Shown here piece after piece: positions 29,001 to 39,575 of a DNA stretch of 64,000 nt. Origin of the DNA: Priapulus caudatus (taxonomy: Eukaryota); assembly GCF_000485595.1 (NCBI RefSeq), contig NW_014577068.1:1480130-1544129 (forward strand), read 5' to 3'. The position numbers and the translations under genes are program-made. The stretch's first letter is position 1, and each line of letters starts with the position of its first letter. The notes under the pieces were generated by a model, which made no database searches, was not told where the DNA came from, and was given only the letters and a program-made list of their open reading frames with translations.

Positions 29001-32000
29001 CATGGTAGAAGGTGTAATGAAAAAACGTTATAATGAAAACCGGCAGCGATAAATAAATTAGGGAAAATATTTTGCCAATGCGGGGATTGAACCAGCAACC
29101 TTCGCGCCAGTAGCACGGCGCTTTAACAACTGCGGCTATTGCGACATCGCTAAATATCGTAAATTTTCCCATATTATCACTGTACGGATGCCTGGATCAG
29201 CGTTGGTACGCCATCAATGGCCGACCAATGTACACCAAACGTAAACAAACACCTATGTTCGAGCGGCAGCAGGGGATCGGACACGGGGCAGTACTAGATA
29301 AACTAATTAGCTCTAGTACTAGTACCCTAGAGCTAAACTAACCTCGTAGAAACTACGAGAGTGTACGAACGGGCGCTGGATGAAGTTTGGGGGGTTATAG
29401 CTAGACTGGTACCCGTTCGCCACCTTCACTCCGGCAAGTATGATCCTTCGCTACACTGAAGTTAGTTAGTGTAGCGTGTGGAACTGTCGACCGGGGAGTA
29501 GTGTAGGTTATAGCCGGCCGAGCCGTCTGCAGAAAAGTCGTAGCGAAACGCTATGCATATAGCCTCGTTGCGCCATCTATCGCAGGCCATATGTACTACA
29601 CTGTCACTGATATGGGGGCCTGAACTAGTCGCTGGCACAAAAAAGTCCAACTCCGTTTTTTACAGCAAACCAAGTGCGCCAAGTAGCAACCGAATAGCGA
29701 ACCAAGAATTACGACCATTTCTAGGAAATCTCTAGCTACGTGGGTAGTCAAACCCGTCGTGCAATCGCCAGAACTGCTCAATTCAGCGATAGCCCCACAA
29801 TTGCGTCTATAGTGGACCCGTTGAAATTGCTATTCAATGAGTGCAGCGTTGTTGTGTTAGTGTGCCGCTACGCGGCGTTTTTCGCGCTTCGCGCGATATC
29901 CGGGCTGCCGATCGTCCAGACTAAGTTTATGGTATTGCGTTAAGCCCATTATCTTTCCTAGCACGGCTAATGCCCGTAATGATGGAGCCGGCAATGTTTT
30001 CTAAATTAATTCTCTACAACGCAGCTCAGCTACTATGGTGTAGTAAGAGTACCAAATTTGGGCATGTGACATCAATTATCAGCGCTCCAAGCGGCGACGG
30101 AAAGATAGCCAAAATCATTAAGCGCGCAAAGGTGCGGGAATATGTGGTATCGAGGCGTCATGAGGCCAGTGTGGGTGATTACGATCCAATATCTCGGCTT
30201 AGGAGTATCGTAGAGACAAGCGGTTGGTCTTGTTTTAGAGAGCAAAGAATGCTGCTTAACGCAATACCATGAACTTGCAGATAAAGTAGAATAATATTGC
30301 CGTGAAATAGCACTATTTTCCCATTTTCCCGTTGTACACTCTAGGTATTATTAGCTCTTGCTTATATAAATCTGTAGGCAATACATTGTATGTACCACGC
30401 AAAACAAACATTCAACATAAAAGGTATCTCCACACAAGCACACCCGAGCATGTAGACACCATGTTGAATTTGTAAAAACACCCCCTAAAAAAAAGCCTAC
30501 CTACCTACCCAAACTTTTCAGCCTGGGGTCAGGTGAGGACAAACAAAGATTTTTTTAATTGTGGCCTTACATCTGCAGCCAGAACGTCTGCGACACAGAC
30601 ACCGGCAGTACCGATTTCCAAGGTCAACCTGGCCGTAGAGCACAGCCCGGCAGTGCCGATGGCCAAGGTCAACTTATCGATGGAGCATGCTCAGCTGTCT
30701 GTTGTTGATACCCGCCTCATAATTGGAAAAGTTCTGAAGACCCATGGCAACGTGAACAATCTGCAGGGAGGAATAGAGACAGCTGTTAGTGAGGTGAGCT
30801 ACATTCCACCGCTTGAGTAAGCAGGTTGCGACTGCACATTGGCACGTCTGGCGGAGCTAGAAGCATTTCACTTGGGCAGGGAAGACATAGTGTCATGAAT
30901 CTATGTGTAGAAATTGCTACACCTTCAGTACATGATGTTTCATGATCTTGTGTACACATGTATGCACTAGGGTTCACATACATTTTGAACTGTGATGTTG
31001 ATATGTGATACTGATGTTCTGCATGGTAGGCAGCAGAGATAGAAGCCAGAAGACTTGCCCAGCTCTCTAAGCAAAAGAACACACCGACTGACCACAGGTA
31101 GACATTGTCCTACCAATGAATATCATCACATATTCTAACTATGTGTTCACCTACTAGTCGTATGTGGTGTAGTGATAGGTAATCGTAGTTAATGTCAACA
31201 CTCCAATAAAGTTTGTAACTTTCTGAAACTGTTCTAATTTAGGAATACATATCTATGTATTGTCATTATCTTTAGTGATGGAAATGGTGGTGAACAAAAC
31301 AAGCAAGATCAGTAAGAATTTGAAAGACACTATACTTAGGTCCCCCTCTCCCTCTACTCCCCTCCCTGTTGGCCCTCTTCCTCTCCCTGTCCCCCTTCTC
31401 TCCCTCATTCACCTTAAAAACGATCATTTCTCCAATAAATCAAAAAATGAATAAATTTTGACAAATTTAGTCTCACCTGTCAGCATACATGTTACTGATT
31501 ACTTCAGCATAAAAATTATTAATTATTACGTGTTTCTGCTATTATAGGCTATAAAACAGTAAATGAACAGCAAACGTACGCCTGCTATCTTGAAATTTGC
31601 AGTAATGGAATTTTCAACCACTCCCACAAAACTAGTGCACATAGTTACACGATGCAAATATTTATGGGGTGGTACCTATCTCGAAATGCATACAAAGGTA
31701 ATTAATGTAGTGTAGAGACAAGGTTCCGGTCTCGTGAGAGCAAAAATCACGTGCTAGGTTTGTTGACATATGTAAACAAATCTAATTTGAAATGCAAGTC
31801 AGTGCACATGTTGGTAAAAAGAATATTGTGTGAGTGTTCTATGACATGTTAGCCTTACTATATATACATTTGCTGTTATGCAATGTGTACCGGTAAGTAT
31901 CAGAGCATTAAAGAAAATATGAAAATGGTTGGTAAAAACATTAAAAATCGTCGCGTAAGCCCCATGTTTTCTTCTTTGTCACCCTTCCTCACCCTTTCTC

Positions 32001-35000
32001 TATCTTGCCCTCTCTCGTCCAGTCCCCCTTTCGGGATCGCCTTTTTTAAGTGCATTACTTATGCTGGCTTGTTGTTGCAGGCTAAGTCACATCATGGTCT
32101 ACCTCTATCAAAACCAGATGGAGAAACAGAATGTTGTGCGCAGGATCATGCTGGAACAGTTCACTCCCAAAGTTCTCAACAATGACCCAAGGTTGGTTTC
32201 TGCAATCGGCAGATACAAACCTGCAGTCTACAGCAGAAAGAAAAATTCATAATATCCTATATATTTGTGTGTGTGCATGTGCGTGTGCATGTGCGTGTGC
32301 GTGTGAGTGTGTGTGTGCATGTGCGTGTGCATGTGCGTGTGCGTGTGAGTGTATTGTGTGTATATAGCAAATATTTAACAAAAAAGAAGGTTATACGGTT
32401 TGAATGAACGTGTTATTTAATAAATTCGTAGGTCACTAGGCTCTTATTCCTATGAATTTATTAATTAAAGTTTTATCCACAAGTCATCCACTAGATTTAT
32501 AAACTATGTACAAAATTCCATGTGAAATTGAATAATTCTTTGGCTTCATACATGTTTTCAATTTGTATGTTATTAATCTGCTATGTTGGCCTTGCTAAGA
32601 GTGTGTTGTCAGCATTGTGTGTGAATAAGAAGAGGTGTAGAATGTTGTCGTGTATTAAGTAAACGTATATTTACGGTAACTGCAGCACAGCAGAGTTCAG
32701 ACGGACAGCTCTGCATATGCTAGAGGGGATGGTGCTGGCAGAGTCGGAGCGCAGGTTGTATCAGGAGGTGCATGAGGATTATGAGATGTTCAGGAAGACT
32801 GTCACATGCTTCATGCACGGCGTCCACCTGTTCCACAAGCAGTCGTAAGTGACATAGCGAACCAGATGACCCATATATTTAATTTGTCATTATTAGCTCC
32901 TGATATATATATATATATATTGTACAGGGTAGCCCCATTATAACGTGATGGGTGGGGTCCATAAAATGTCATCGCGAAAAAAGCAGGGTCGCACTATATC
33001 GAGGTTGGATTATATATACATGGCTATAAGAGCAAAAAAGGGGGTCCAACGACTCATCGCGTTATATCCGAATTCACGTTAAATCGGGGTTCCACTATAT
33101 ATATTGTATGTGTGCTTACATTTTTAGCTCCTATTTAAAATACAAGAGATGAGTAGTTCCATTTGCACATGCATATGTTATATATACATGTACAGTACAC
33201 CCTGGACAATGAACCAGCAAGGGGGTTGGGGTGTCCAGTAATGCCGATAGTCCATTATTTCTAAATATGGTCTCTTGTGGCTTTTTTTCCGAAATGTTGT
33301 CTGTTTTTCCCCAGTTATTTCCAGTGCAGACCGATAAATCTGCAGCAGCAGATATTTTTGTCCGTTGCTTCCGATGTCTGCTAAATTGGGGTCTGTTAAA
33401 TCGAGGATGTATCGTATATAATAATAAATAATAATAATAATAATAACAAGGATAATAATAAAGTTAATGTCTGGTTGCGATGGAAGCATGATGGCATTTT
33501 GAGGACAATGAAGGTGTGAATTTACGGACAATGGCTTGTGTTCATATTGATAGACTCTCAGCCGGCATTATACTTATCAATATGTTTCAGATATCAAGAG
33601 AGTCTGGCCTATCTGGTGCATGCTTGCAATCTGAACCAGAGTTTGATTAAGAAGGGTGCACAGAGAGGCATGGAGCCACGACTAACTGGTTTCTACAGAC
33701 GTCAATGTGCACTGGTAAGTCAGGGCGCGAAATTAGCACCGGCCCACCGGCATATGCTGGCAAATTATTTGGAGGGCGTGTAACATTCCCAAAACACCGG
33801 CCCTCAGAGCCGGTGGTTTCAGCCATGTTAGCGAGAACCAACATTTTTAGCTCATCTGACGAAGTCAGATGCAGCTTGTAGAATCGCATGAGCGTCCGTC
33901 CGTGATTCGTGTGTCCGTCAACAGTTGGGCACATATCTTAACAGCTCGACGTACGGTCACGATATTCGGGACGTCGGGGGGGGGGGATCGTGAAAAGGAC
34001 TCGGGATAACCAATTTGGGGGTCAAAGGTCAAAGGTCAAGATGTGTCAACGGAGGGGGAATATTTCCCCCTTAAACTAAGGTATAGGAGGAAATACGGAA
34101 TTGCGGCACAAATCTGAACGGCTCGACCTATGCTCTTAATATTCGGTGTATAGTGTGATGGGCAGGAAACCCATCACCAGTGCGAAATTGGAGGTCACAG
34201 GTTAAAGGGCAGTGGGGGAAAGGTCAGATATCAGACATTTTTTGAGGACCTGGCCTTATGAACAGAGTGAAAAACCTTTTTGTTTCAGTGCTGACCTACC
34301 ATTTTTATCACTTTATTGAAAGGACCATGAAATGTGCTTTCCACTGACGTGCGAAGAGTAAGTGTCGGATAACCTTTCCACCTTCAAGAGGAGGGTTAAA
34401 CATGGATTTGTTGACTGTTAACAAAGGACTGAACTGTGTTTGATAGTACTTGTGTGATCGTGGAAGACTTAAATTTCACTTAAATCATATATGAACTTCA
34501 TTCTCTATATGAGATTCTGTTCGTTGGGAATACAATGTCAATAGCACTTATGCAAACGTCTGTTTTTGATTAAGGCCAACTATAAATAGGCCTACCTCGC
34601 AGGTGGGTGGCTGATAGTATCACAGCATGGGCTAAACGAAGGTAGCAACTAGTTCGGATTATCTATTCCCTGCACCTATAGTCAGTATGCACGCCATCTA
34701 TCGGAACAGAGTGAGAAGAATGTCCCGGCAGGATAGGTCAAATGTATATTGCGCTCAAAAGTGCAGAAATAATTGCTTTCTTAACTTCAGTTTAACCAAT
34801 CTTGAGATAAATAATTGCAGAAATGAATCGTCAAACCTACCAATGAAAATTTGCCAGTTTTGTACTGTCCTTGGCAAGGCTCTCTCCGTCGACGTTACAT
34901 TAGTGTCACTAGTGTGCAATGTTGGGATAAGGTGGAGCATGCTGGCTTGTGGACGCTGCAGATCCCGATGGTTGACTGTCAGTCGAAATGTGTTGATCCT

Positions 35001-38000
35001 CCCCAACATATCTTCCCCAAGAAGAAATCTGTACGTTATACGTGCGTCTGCCTTACTTCTGCTCACCATCTTTGTCGAAAGTTTGGACGCCGCGCGGCGA
35101 AATCGGAATGTACATTGCAATCGATGACGTAACTGATACAGTAGCGCGTCGCGTGGGTGTTATTTGTTTATAAACAATTTAATCTGACTCACTCTCTCCC
35201 TCTCTCTCCTCTCGCCCGCTCTCTCTTTCTCTCTCTCGGCCCCTCTCTTCCTCTCTCTCGCTCTCTCTCTGCAATAAAAAAAAAGTTTGCTGAAATGATG
35301 TGTACGCAACTGCGTATCTGTATATCTGCGCCTAACAAAGGTGTCACTGCGCACGACTGAAATGTTACGTTTATGACCGTAGCAACACACCTCAGATGAG
35401 CCCAGACGTTCTGCGGCTCTTGTTATTTATAGCATTAATGAGCAAATCGCATACAATACTGTTTTACCTGAAGGATATCACGCCATAATTTATCAACATT
35501 TTACAAATTTGAAATCAAGAATGCAAGTGTGAAACATGACATTGTCATTGACAAAAAAACTTTCGGACAAGCAAGAGTCAATAAAACAGTCTTATCTTTA
35601 TTTTTGAGAAAACAAATGTTGTGAGGGATGGTAAATTATGGTGAGGGCTGGTAAAAAAACTGCTGTTACCGGCCCTCTGGGCCAGTGCAGAAAAATCTGA
35701 ATTTCATGCCCTGTAATTACTCACATATAAAGTGGCACGCACACACTCAGTTATATTAAAGCTGCTTTAACAAAAGTACGTTTAGATCAGCAGGGCTGTA
35801 CCGAAACAGAGTAGCATGGTTGTTCTTTACAGGCAGTTTCTCTAGGCTCACACGGATTCATTGAGCATCTATGTAGCAAAACAAAATGGCTTATATATGG
35901 TTATTGCACTTGACCATCATACGCTTAATCTACATGAAACTACAAGTAAATAAATATCCATCTGCCTTAGCCGTGAAGGTAACACAGCTAATCGGCAGGT
36001 TACCATCTGCATATCCATTCAATGTGTATTTCATAGCGTGACCATCAATAAGCAGTTGAGCATGCCCAGTCACACTCACGCTACCAAATATAGTAGATCC
36101 CCATAGAACACAATAAAATTCCAGGGTAGGTGAATTTCTCGGTGACACTCACGCTACCAAATATCCCATACAGTAGAGTCCGCGGCATAAGAAACAATAA
36201 AATTCTAAGCGTAGGTGAATTTCTCGGTGACACTCACGCTACCAAATACAAGTAGATCCCCATAGAACACAATATAATTCTAGCGTAGGTGAATTACTCG
36301 GTGACACTCATGCTACCAAATACAAGTAGATCCTCATAGAACACAATAAAGTTCTAGTGTAGGTGTATTACTCAGTGACACTCACGCTATCAAATATAGT
36401 AGATCCTCATAGAACACAATAAAATTCTAGGGTAGGTGAATTTCTCGGTGACACTCACGCTACCAAATACAACTAGATCCACATAGAACACAATATAATT
36501 CTGTTCCGTGTGGCCATCCAAAGGCAATTCATTTGTAAGATCAGTGAATGGAACTTGTCTACCTGCTATTCTTAGGGTACCCACAACTAATTCGAACTCC
36601 CCTCCCTCTCTCCCTCCCCCTTTTTCTCCTCCTCTCTGGTCTTTCTTGCTCGCTCTTCTGTCTTTCACTCTTTCTCTCGTCTCTCTCTTCTCTCTCTGCT
36701 CTGCTGCTCTCTCTCTCTCCTCCCCATCTCTTGCTCTTGCTCCTCTCTCTGCTTTCCCTCCATCCCGCCGTTCTTCCCTCCCATAGTTCTATGCTCTTCG
36801 TACTCAATCTATTTCTAGATTTCNNNNNNNNNNNNNNNNNNNNNNNNNNNNNNNNNNNNNNNNNNNNNNNNNNNNNNNNNNNNNNNNNNNNNNNNNNNNN
36901 NNNNNNNNNNNNNNNNNNNNNNNNNNNNNNNNNNNNNNNNNNNNNNNNNNNNNNNNNNNNNNNNNNNNNNNNNNNNNNNNNNNNNNNNNNNNNNNNNNNN
37001 NNNNNNNNNNNNNNNNNNNNNNNNNNNNNNNNNNNNNNNNNNNNNNNNNNNNNNNNNNNNNNNNNNNNNNNNNNNNNNNNNNNNNNNNNNNNNNNNNNNN
37101 NNNNNNNNNNNNNNNNNNNNNNNNNNNNNNNNNNNNNNNNNNNNNNNNNNNNNNNNNNNNNNNNNNNNNNNNNNNNNNNNNNNNNNNNNNNNNNNNNNNN
37201 NNNNNNNNNNNNNNNNNNNNNNNNNNNNNNNNNNNNNNNNNNNNNNNNNNNNNNNNNNNNNNNNNNNNNNNNNNNNNNNNNNNNNNNNNNNNNNNNNNNN
37301 NNNNNNNNNNNNNNNNNNNNNNNNNNNNNNNNNNNNNNNNNNNNNNNNNNNNNNNNNNNNNNNNNNNNNNNNNNNNNNNNNNNNNNNNNNNNNNNNNNNN
37401 NNNNNNNNNNNNNNNNNNNNNNNNNNNNNNNNNNNNNNNNNNNNNNNNNNNNNNNNNNNNNNNNNNNNNNNNNNNNNNNNNNNNNNNNNNNNNNNNNNNN
37501 NNNNNNNNNNNNNNNNNNNNNNNNNNNNNNNNNNNNNNNNNNNNNNNNNNNNGCGTCTCTCTCTGTGTGGTGCGTGTGTGCTGCGTGCGTGCGTGCGCGT
37601 GCAGCGTGCGTGCGTGCGTGTGGTGCGTAAGACCGTGCACGCACGTCTGTGCGTGCGTGTCTCTTCTCGTGGTTGGTTGTTCGGTGTGGCGTGCGTCGTG
37701 GCGTTGGTGTGTGTGTGTGTGCGCGTTAGTGCCGTGCGTGCGGCGTGCGTTTCTGGTGTATAGGCGTGAGGTATCCGAGTGTGTTCGAGCAGAGAATAGG
37801 TGCATAATTAGTGGAAATGAGCCGTAATTGTATGAAAATCTTGTGTTGAGTGGGATTCCTCTATGGCAGTCTATGCACTCAGCCCATGTGTGTGGGATGT
37901 GAGAAACGTTGACCACAATATGTGAAAATATTGTGACTTTTTCACCTTAGTATACGTTAGTCGTAACTATTTGCTACTGTTGTGAGAGCAGATTATCTCA

Positions 38001-38454
38001 CCGCGCTCGGGAAATTAAATTAATTACTCTATACATACCTGCCTGTAGGGTGTAGTTTCTATAATGAGTGTGAGAGTTTGGTTTCATCGTCTACCATAGC
38101 ATTCATCTGATTTTTATCGTGAGTTGAGCGTGAGATATTTTGCTTCACATACTTAAATTAAGCTGGAATCCCACAATATCTCGTGCATACATGCTATGTG
38201 GGAACGTAGGTTGAATCAGGTTCTATCACGCATGCTTACAATCTTGTGTTTTTCACATTGCAGGTGAAAAGCAGGAAAAACTTCAAGATTTTCTCAGCAA
38301 ACTGCTTGATCCACCCATGGGAGAAATCCGACTAAAGAGTGTGCCACTCTCTCGACCCCCCCAGGTCAATTCAGAGCTATCGTTGCAATTCACCGAATGC
38401 ATGAAGCTTGTCCGCAATAGCGGGTACTTAGATAAAGCCATGGCAGCCAGCTAG
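1174..38454 (+). CDS. USP25: Ubiquitin carboxyl-terminal hydrolase 25/28-like gene (whole CDS span, multi-exon)
   Basis: The spliced translation gives an MTVE start, UBA (LNQLKEITG), SIM (VIDLT), two UIMs, Cys box ([12 protein letters not shown]), QQDVSEF, His box ([22 protein letters not shown]) and C-terminal [13 protein letters not shown]. These motifs follow the USP25/28 order, with GT-AG introns and compatible phases. Confidence 0.95.
3241..3420 (+). CDS. USP25: USP25/28 exon 2 (UBA-like)
   Basis: [21 protein letters not shown]...AVSLLVD; tagcag acceptor, gtacct donor. Confidence 0.9.
3432..4430. mobile_element. Non-autonomous DNA transposon (hAT-like CAGGG TIR, 6-bp TSD)
   Basis: 13-bp TIR cagggcgtcaagt/acttgacgccctg, TSD tagtgc, ttcctattt subterminal repeats, and a probable nested GC-rich element near 3790-4105. 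Confidence 0.8.
4540..5662 (+). mobile_element. Helentron-associated (HINE/DINE-1-like) element
   Basis: 5' ttttagctcacc with a nearby inverted atgagcta, a (gtcc)n microsatellite, 3' ggtgagcta plus stem-loop agtgtc-atc-gacact, and T-rich ends. The family recurs in the window. Confidence 0.8.
5895..6136 (+). CDS. USP25: USP25/28 exon 3 (SIM, UIM1, start of UIM2)
   Basis: VIDLT...[12 protein letters not shown]...EEQHISR; ttag acceptor, phase-2 donor. Confidence 0.9.
6199..6806. repeat. Two abutting long inverted repeats (foldback)
   Basis: Arms at about 6199-6378/6424-6614 and 6608-6688/6726-6806. Confidence 0.85.
7035..7197 (+). CDS. USP25: USP25/28 exon 4 (Cys box)
   Basis: ALEESLAE...KRKR...[20 protein letters not shown]; gtgaga donor. 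Confidence 0.95.
7608..7697 (+). CDS. USP25: USP25/28 exon 5
   Basis: [16 protein letters not shown]...; ttttcag acceptor, phase 0. Confidence 0.9.
10907..11241 (+). pseudogene. Degraded duplicate of USP25/28 exon 6 (likely raw long-read copy)
   Basis: Indel-riddled copy of 12368-12609. Flanking intron is also duplicated (about 10300-11600 vs 11790-12800). Confidence 0.75.
12368..12609 (+). CDS. USP25: USP25/28 exon 6 (QQDVSEF)
   Basis: [22 protein letters not shown]...[20 protein letters not shown]; gtgagt donor. Confidence 0.93.
13231..13304 (+). CDS. USP25: USP25/28 exon 7
   Basis: [25 protein letters not shown]; ttttgcag acceptor and gtaagt donor. Confidence 0.9.
13896..14229. mobile_element. 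hAT (Charlie/Buster-type) MITE
   Basis: TIR cagtggtgggcaaact / agtttgcccacccctg. 8-bp flanks ctctatgc/ccttatgc have a central TA. Contains the gcggcccgcgggccgc palindrome. Confidence 0.8.
14509..14661 (+). CDS. USP25: USP25/28 exon 8 (four apparent 1-bp homopolymer insertions)
   Basis: Removing one base each from the runs ggg, tttt, cccc and aaaa gives [28 protein letters not shown]...SGLE, which matches the family and restores phase. Confidence 0.85.
14834..15968 (+). mobile_element. Helentron-type non-autonomous element with (TCTA)n/(TCCA)n microsatellites
   Basis: actagcaggacacccgg...cccggg 5' hairpin; acagacaaac...tattagat 3' end. Confidence 0.5.
15986..16113 (+). CDS. USP25: USP25/28 exon 9
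   Basis: [43 protein letters not shown]. Confidence 0.95.
16320..16415 (+). CDS. USP25: USP25/28 exon 10 (coiled-coil insertion)
   Basis: [32 protein letters not shown]; phases 2/2. Confidence 0.9.
18804..18943 (+). pseudogene. Degraded duplicate of exon 11
   Basis: Copy of 21525-21662 with many single-base indels. Confidence 0.8.
19384..19601 (+). CDS. USP25: USP25/28 exon 12, intact copy
   Basis: ...[30 protein letters not shown]; phase 2 in, phase 1 out. Confidence 0.88.
19834..20045. mobile_element. Tc1/mariner-type MITE
   Basis: TA-ctgtata...tatacgg-TA ends with ttcgcgaa repeats. Duplicated at about 23617 and 25733. Confidence 0.55.
20357..20421 (+). CDS. USP25: USP25/28 exon 13, intact copy
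   Basis: (E)[21 protein letters not shown]; tttcag acceptor and gtgtgc donor. Confidence 0.85.
21525..21662 (+). CDS. USP25: USP25/28 exon 11, intact copy (out of order)
   Basis: [27 protein letters not shown]...; a degraded copy sits in the expected position at 18804. Confidence 0.85.
22174..23085 (+). mobile_element. HINE element, same family as 4540 (error-rich copy)
   Basis: Same termini and internal blocks. The clean 3' end is also seen at about 19290-19375. Confidence 0.7.
23095..23351 (+). pseudogene. Degraded duplicate of exon 12
   Basis: Insertion-rich copy of 19384-19601. Confidence 0.8.
25240..25484 (+). pseudogene. Second degraded duplicate of exon 12
   Basis: Insertion-rich copy of 19384-19601. 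Confidence 0.8.
26287..26359 (+). pseudogene. Degraded duplicate of exon 13
   Basis: Indel-containing copy of 20357-20421. Confidence 0.75.
26755..26983 (+). CDS. USP25: USP25/28 exon 14 (His box)
   Basis: [26 protein letters not shown]...WLKFNDITV...SAYCLMYVN. Confidence 0.96.
27392..27604 (+). CDS. USP25: USP25/28 exon 15
   Basis: IVDQETGQ...[24 protein letters not shown]; phases 1/1. Confidence 0.88.
27988..30360. mobile_element. P-element-like non-autonomous transposon with long TIRs
   Basis: About 85-bp TIRs beginning ca(g/a)gagctaataatacct; 7-bp flanks attatat/cttatat; nested repeats inside. Confidence 0.75.
29073..29145 (-). pseudogene. tRNA-derived sequence (pseudo-tRNA or SINE head)
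   Basis: Minus strand gtcgcaatagccgcagttgttaaagcg...ggttgctggttcaatccccgc has A- and B-box-like motifs but imperfect stems. Confidence 0.45.
30579..30793 (+). CDS. USP25: USP25/28 exon 16
   Basis: Open frame with [13 protein letters not shown]...; ctgcag acceptor and gtgagc donor; phases fit both neighbours. Confidence 0.8.
31030..31097 (+). CDS. USP25: USP25/28 exon 17
   Basis: [23 protein letters not shown]; phases 0/2. Confidence 0.8.
32081..32191 (+). CDS. USP25: USP25/28 exon 18
   Basis: [12 protein letters not shown]...RRIMLEQF...DP. Confidence 0.88.
32686..32844 (+). CDS. USP25: USP25/28 exon 19
   Basis: [14 protein letters not shown]...[28 protein letters not shown]; gtaagt donor. 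Confidence 0.85.
32925..33097. mobile_element. pogo/Tigger-type MITE
   Basis: ta-cagggtagcccc...ggggttccacta-ta termini; cgttata repeats. Confidence 0.6.
33591..33714 (+). CDS. USP25: USP25/28 exon 20
   Basis: [26 protein letters not shown]...FYRRQCAL; gtaagt donor. Confidence 0.9.
33721..35713. mobile_element. CAGGG-TIR DNA transposon containing a nested HINE
   Basis: cagggcgcgaaatt / aatttcatgccctg TIRs; imperfect taagt/taatt flanks. Confidence 0.6.
33844..35424 (+). mobile_element. HINE-like element (second family)
   Basis: tttttagctcatctgacgaagtcagatg 5' hairpin, (gtcc)-type repeats, ggtcaaaggtca motifs, and 3' cagatgagc...ctcttgtt. Confidence 0.65.
36071..36501. repeat. About 74-bp minisatellite, 6 copies
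   Basis: gacactcacgctaccaaat... units start at 36071, 36144, 36229, 36303, 36377 and 36450. Confidence 0.85.
36824..37552. other. Assembly gap (729 N)
   Basis: Run of N. Other gaps of 25 N are at 8290, 17751, 23970 and 45923. Confidence 1.
38264..38454 (+). CDS. USP25: USP25/28 terminal coding exon
   Basis: [16 protein letters not shown]...DKAMAAS then TAG; ttgcag acceptor. Confidence 0.88.
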
Positions 38455-39575
38455 CAGTGTTGTTGGTCCTGCTAGTTTTATATTAATTAGACTTATGCAG
38501 CATGGCACAAATGTGTGCTAATTCACGATGGCACAAATGTGTGCTAATTCACGATGGCTTATGCAGTTTCTTACGTACATAGGCCCATTCTTGTTATTAG
38601 TCAAGGTTTGTGCAAGTTCAGGGTCTGCATTTTTGGTTGTACATGGTGACATGGAACTTTAGCATCTCTCCCGTTACATGTGATGTACTTCCAATAGTTC
38701 CTAGTAGTTGTGGTGATAGCATAAATTCTGGTTGCCAATTGCGAGTGTTAGCAGCACCTGCTTAGCACTATTATAGAGTAGTATAGAAACCAGTAACAAA
38801 TGTTTTATATTCTCATTCTGCCTGCAATCTCTAATCTGCTTCAATTCTTATCAAATTACAATCCACCCAGTTGATTGTTGATTCTAATTCAAATTCTGAT
38901 TTAAAAAAGATTAGTAATTAGAATAAAATATCACAAAGTTCGAACATTTTTAGCCATGGAAAGTAGGATAAACATTGCAGCATAGATATTGTCATTTCAA
39001 ATAATAATTTATTTACAAACCTATAACCCTCTAAATAAATTGTTATGAAAGTGCTCATCGGATATTCAATGTCTTTGAAACTCGAGTGTCCAAGTTAAAC
39101 AAACTATTTTAATCACATTTATAGAATTGAAGTCATCACTCACTCCCACCACTGGGAGAGGGTTGGGTTAATTGTTTGCTGTAGAAACACGGGCAGAAAA
39201 TGCTATGTGAGTGTACAGAACTTTTATTATATTATTTATCCAAGAGAAGTAATTGTATATAAAAAAACATATATGCACATTGTCAGAGTTTGTTGAAAAT
39301 GTCATGTTTATCAGCTACTGCCTGTTTATAGTCTGTGTGGGCGAGACAACATTACAGTTCTACCAGGGGTAGACCGATTTAATTGTTACCATGGTTACCA
39401 TATGTATAACATTGTTACAAAGGCAACAAGTAGGTACTTTATTTTATAAATGCATTGTAAAATAACCAATATGTAATTCACTATAACGTTCAGTGGGCTA
39501 AAGGACTGAGTAAGCAACGTCTTAGGCTATATGAGCGGTTTCACTGTGCATCTGTACCAGGTTACTGGGGCTGAT

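Larger units (their letters stand above)
27860..30569. mobile_element. TIR element (t(a/g)ggcc ends) hosting a P-like MITE
   Basis: Imperfect TIR of about 55 bp: gggccataataacaattttgtttgtttgccctcacc vs ggtgaggacaaacaaagattttttaattgtggcctta. Confidence 0.55.

Noticed and set aside
29073..29145. Functional tRNA gene
   Set aside because: The acceptor and anticodon stems pair poorly, and it lies within nested transposons.
34687..35132. Overlapping 93-146 aa ORFs within the HINE-like element
   Set aside because: I see no Rep/helicase or other recognisable motifs; probably chance ORFs.
36071..36501. Regularly spaced repeats as a CRISPR-like array
   Set aside because: The whole unit repeats with no unique spacers, the context is a eukaryotic intron, and there are no cas genes.
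36548..37916. 360-370 aa ORFs
   Set aside because: They are open only because they cross the N gap.
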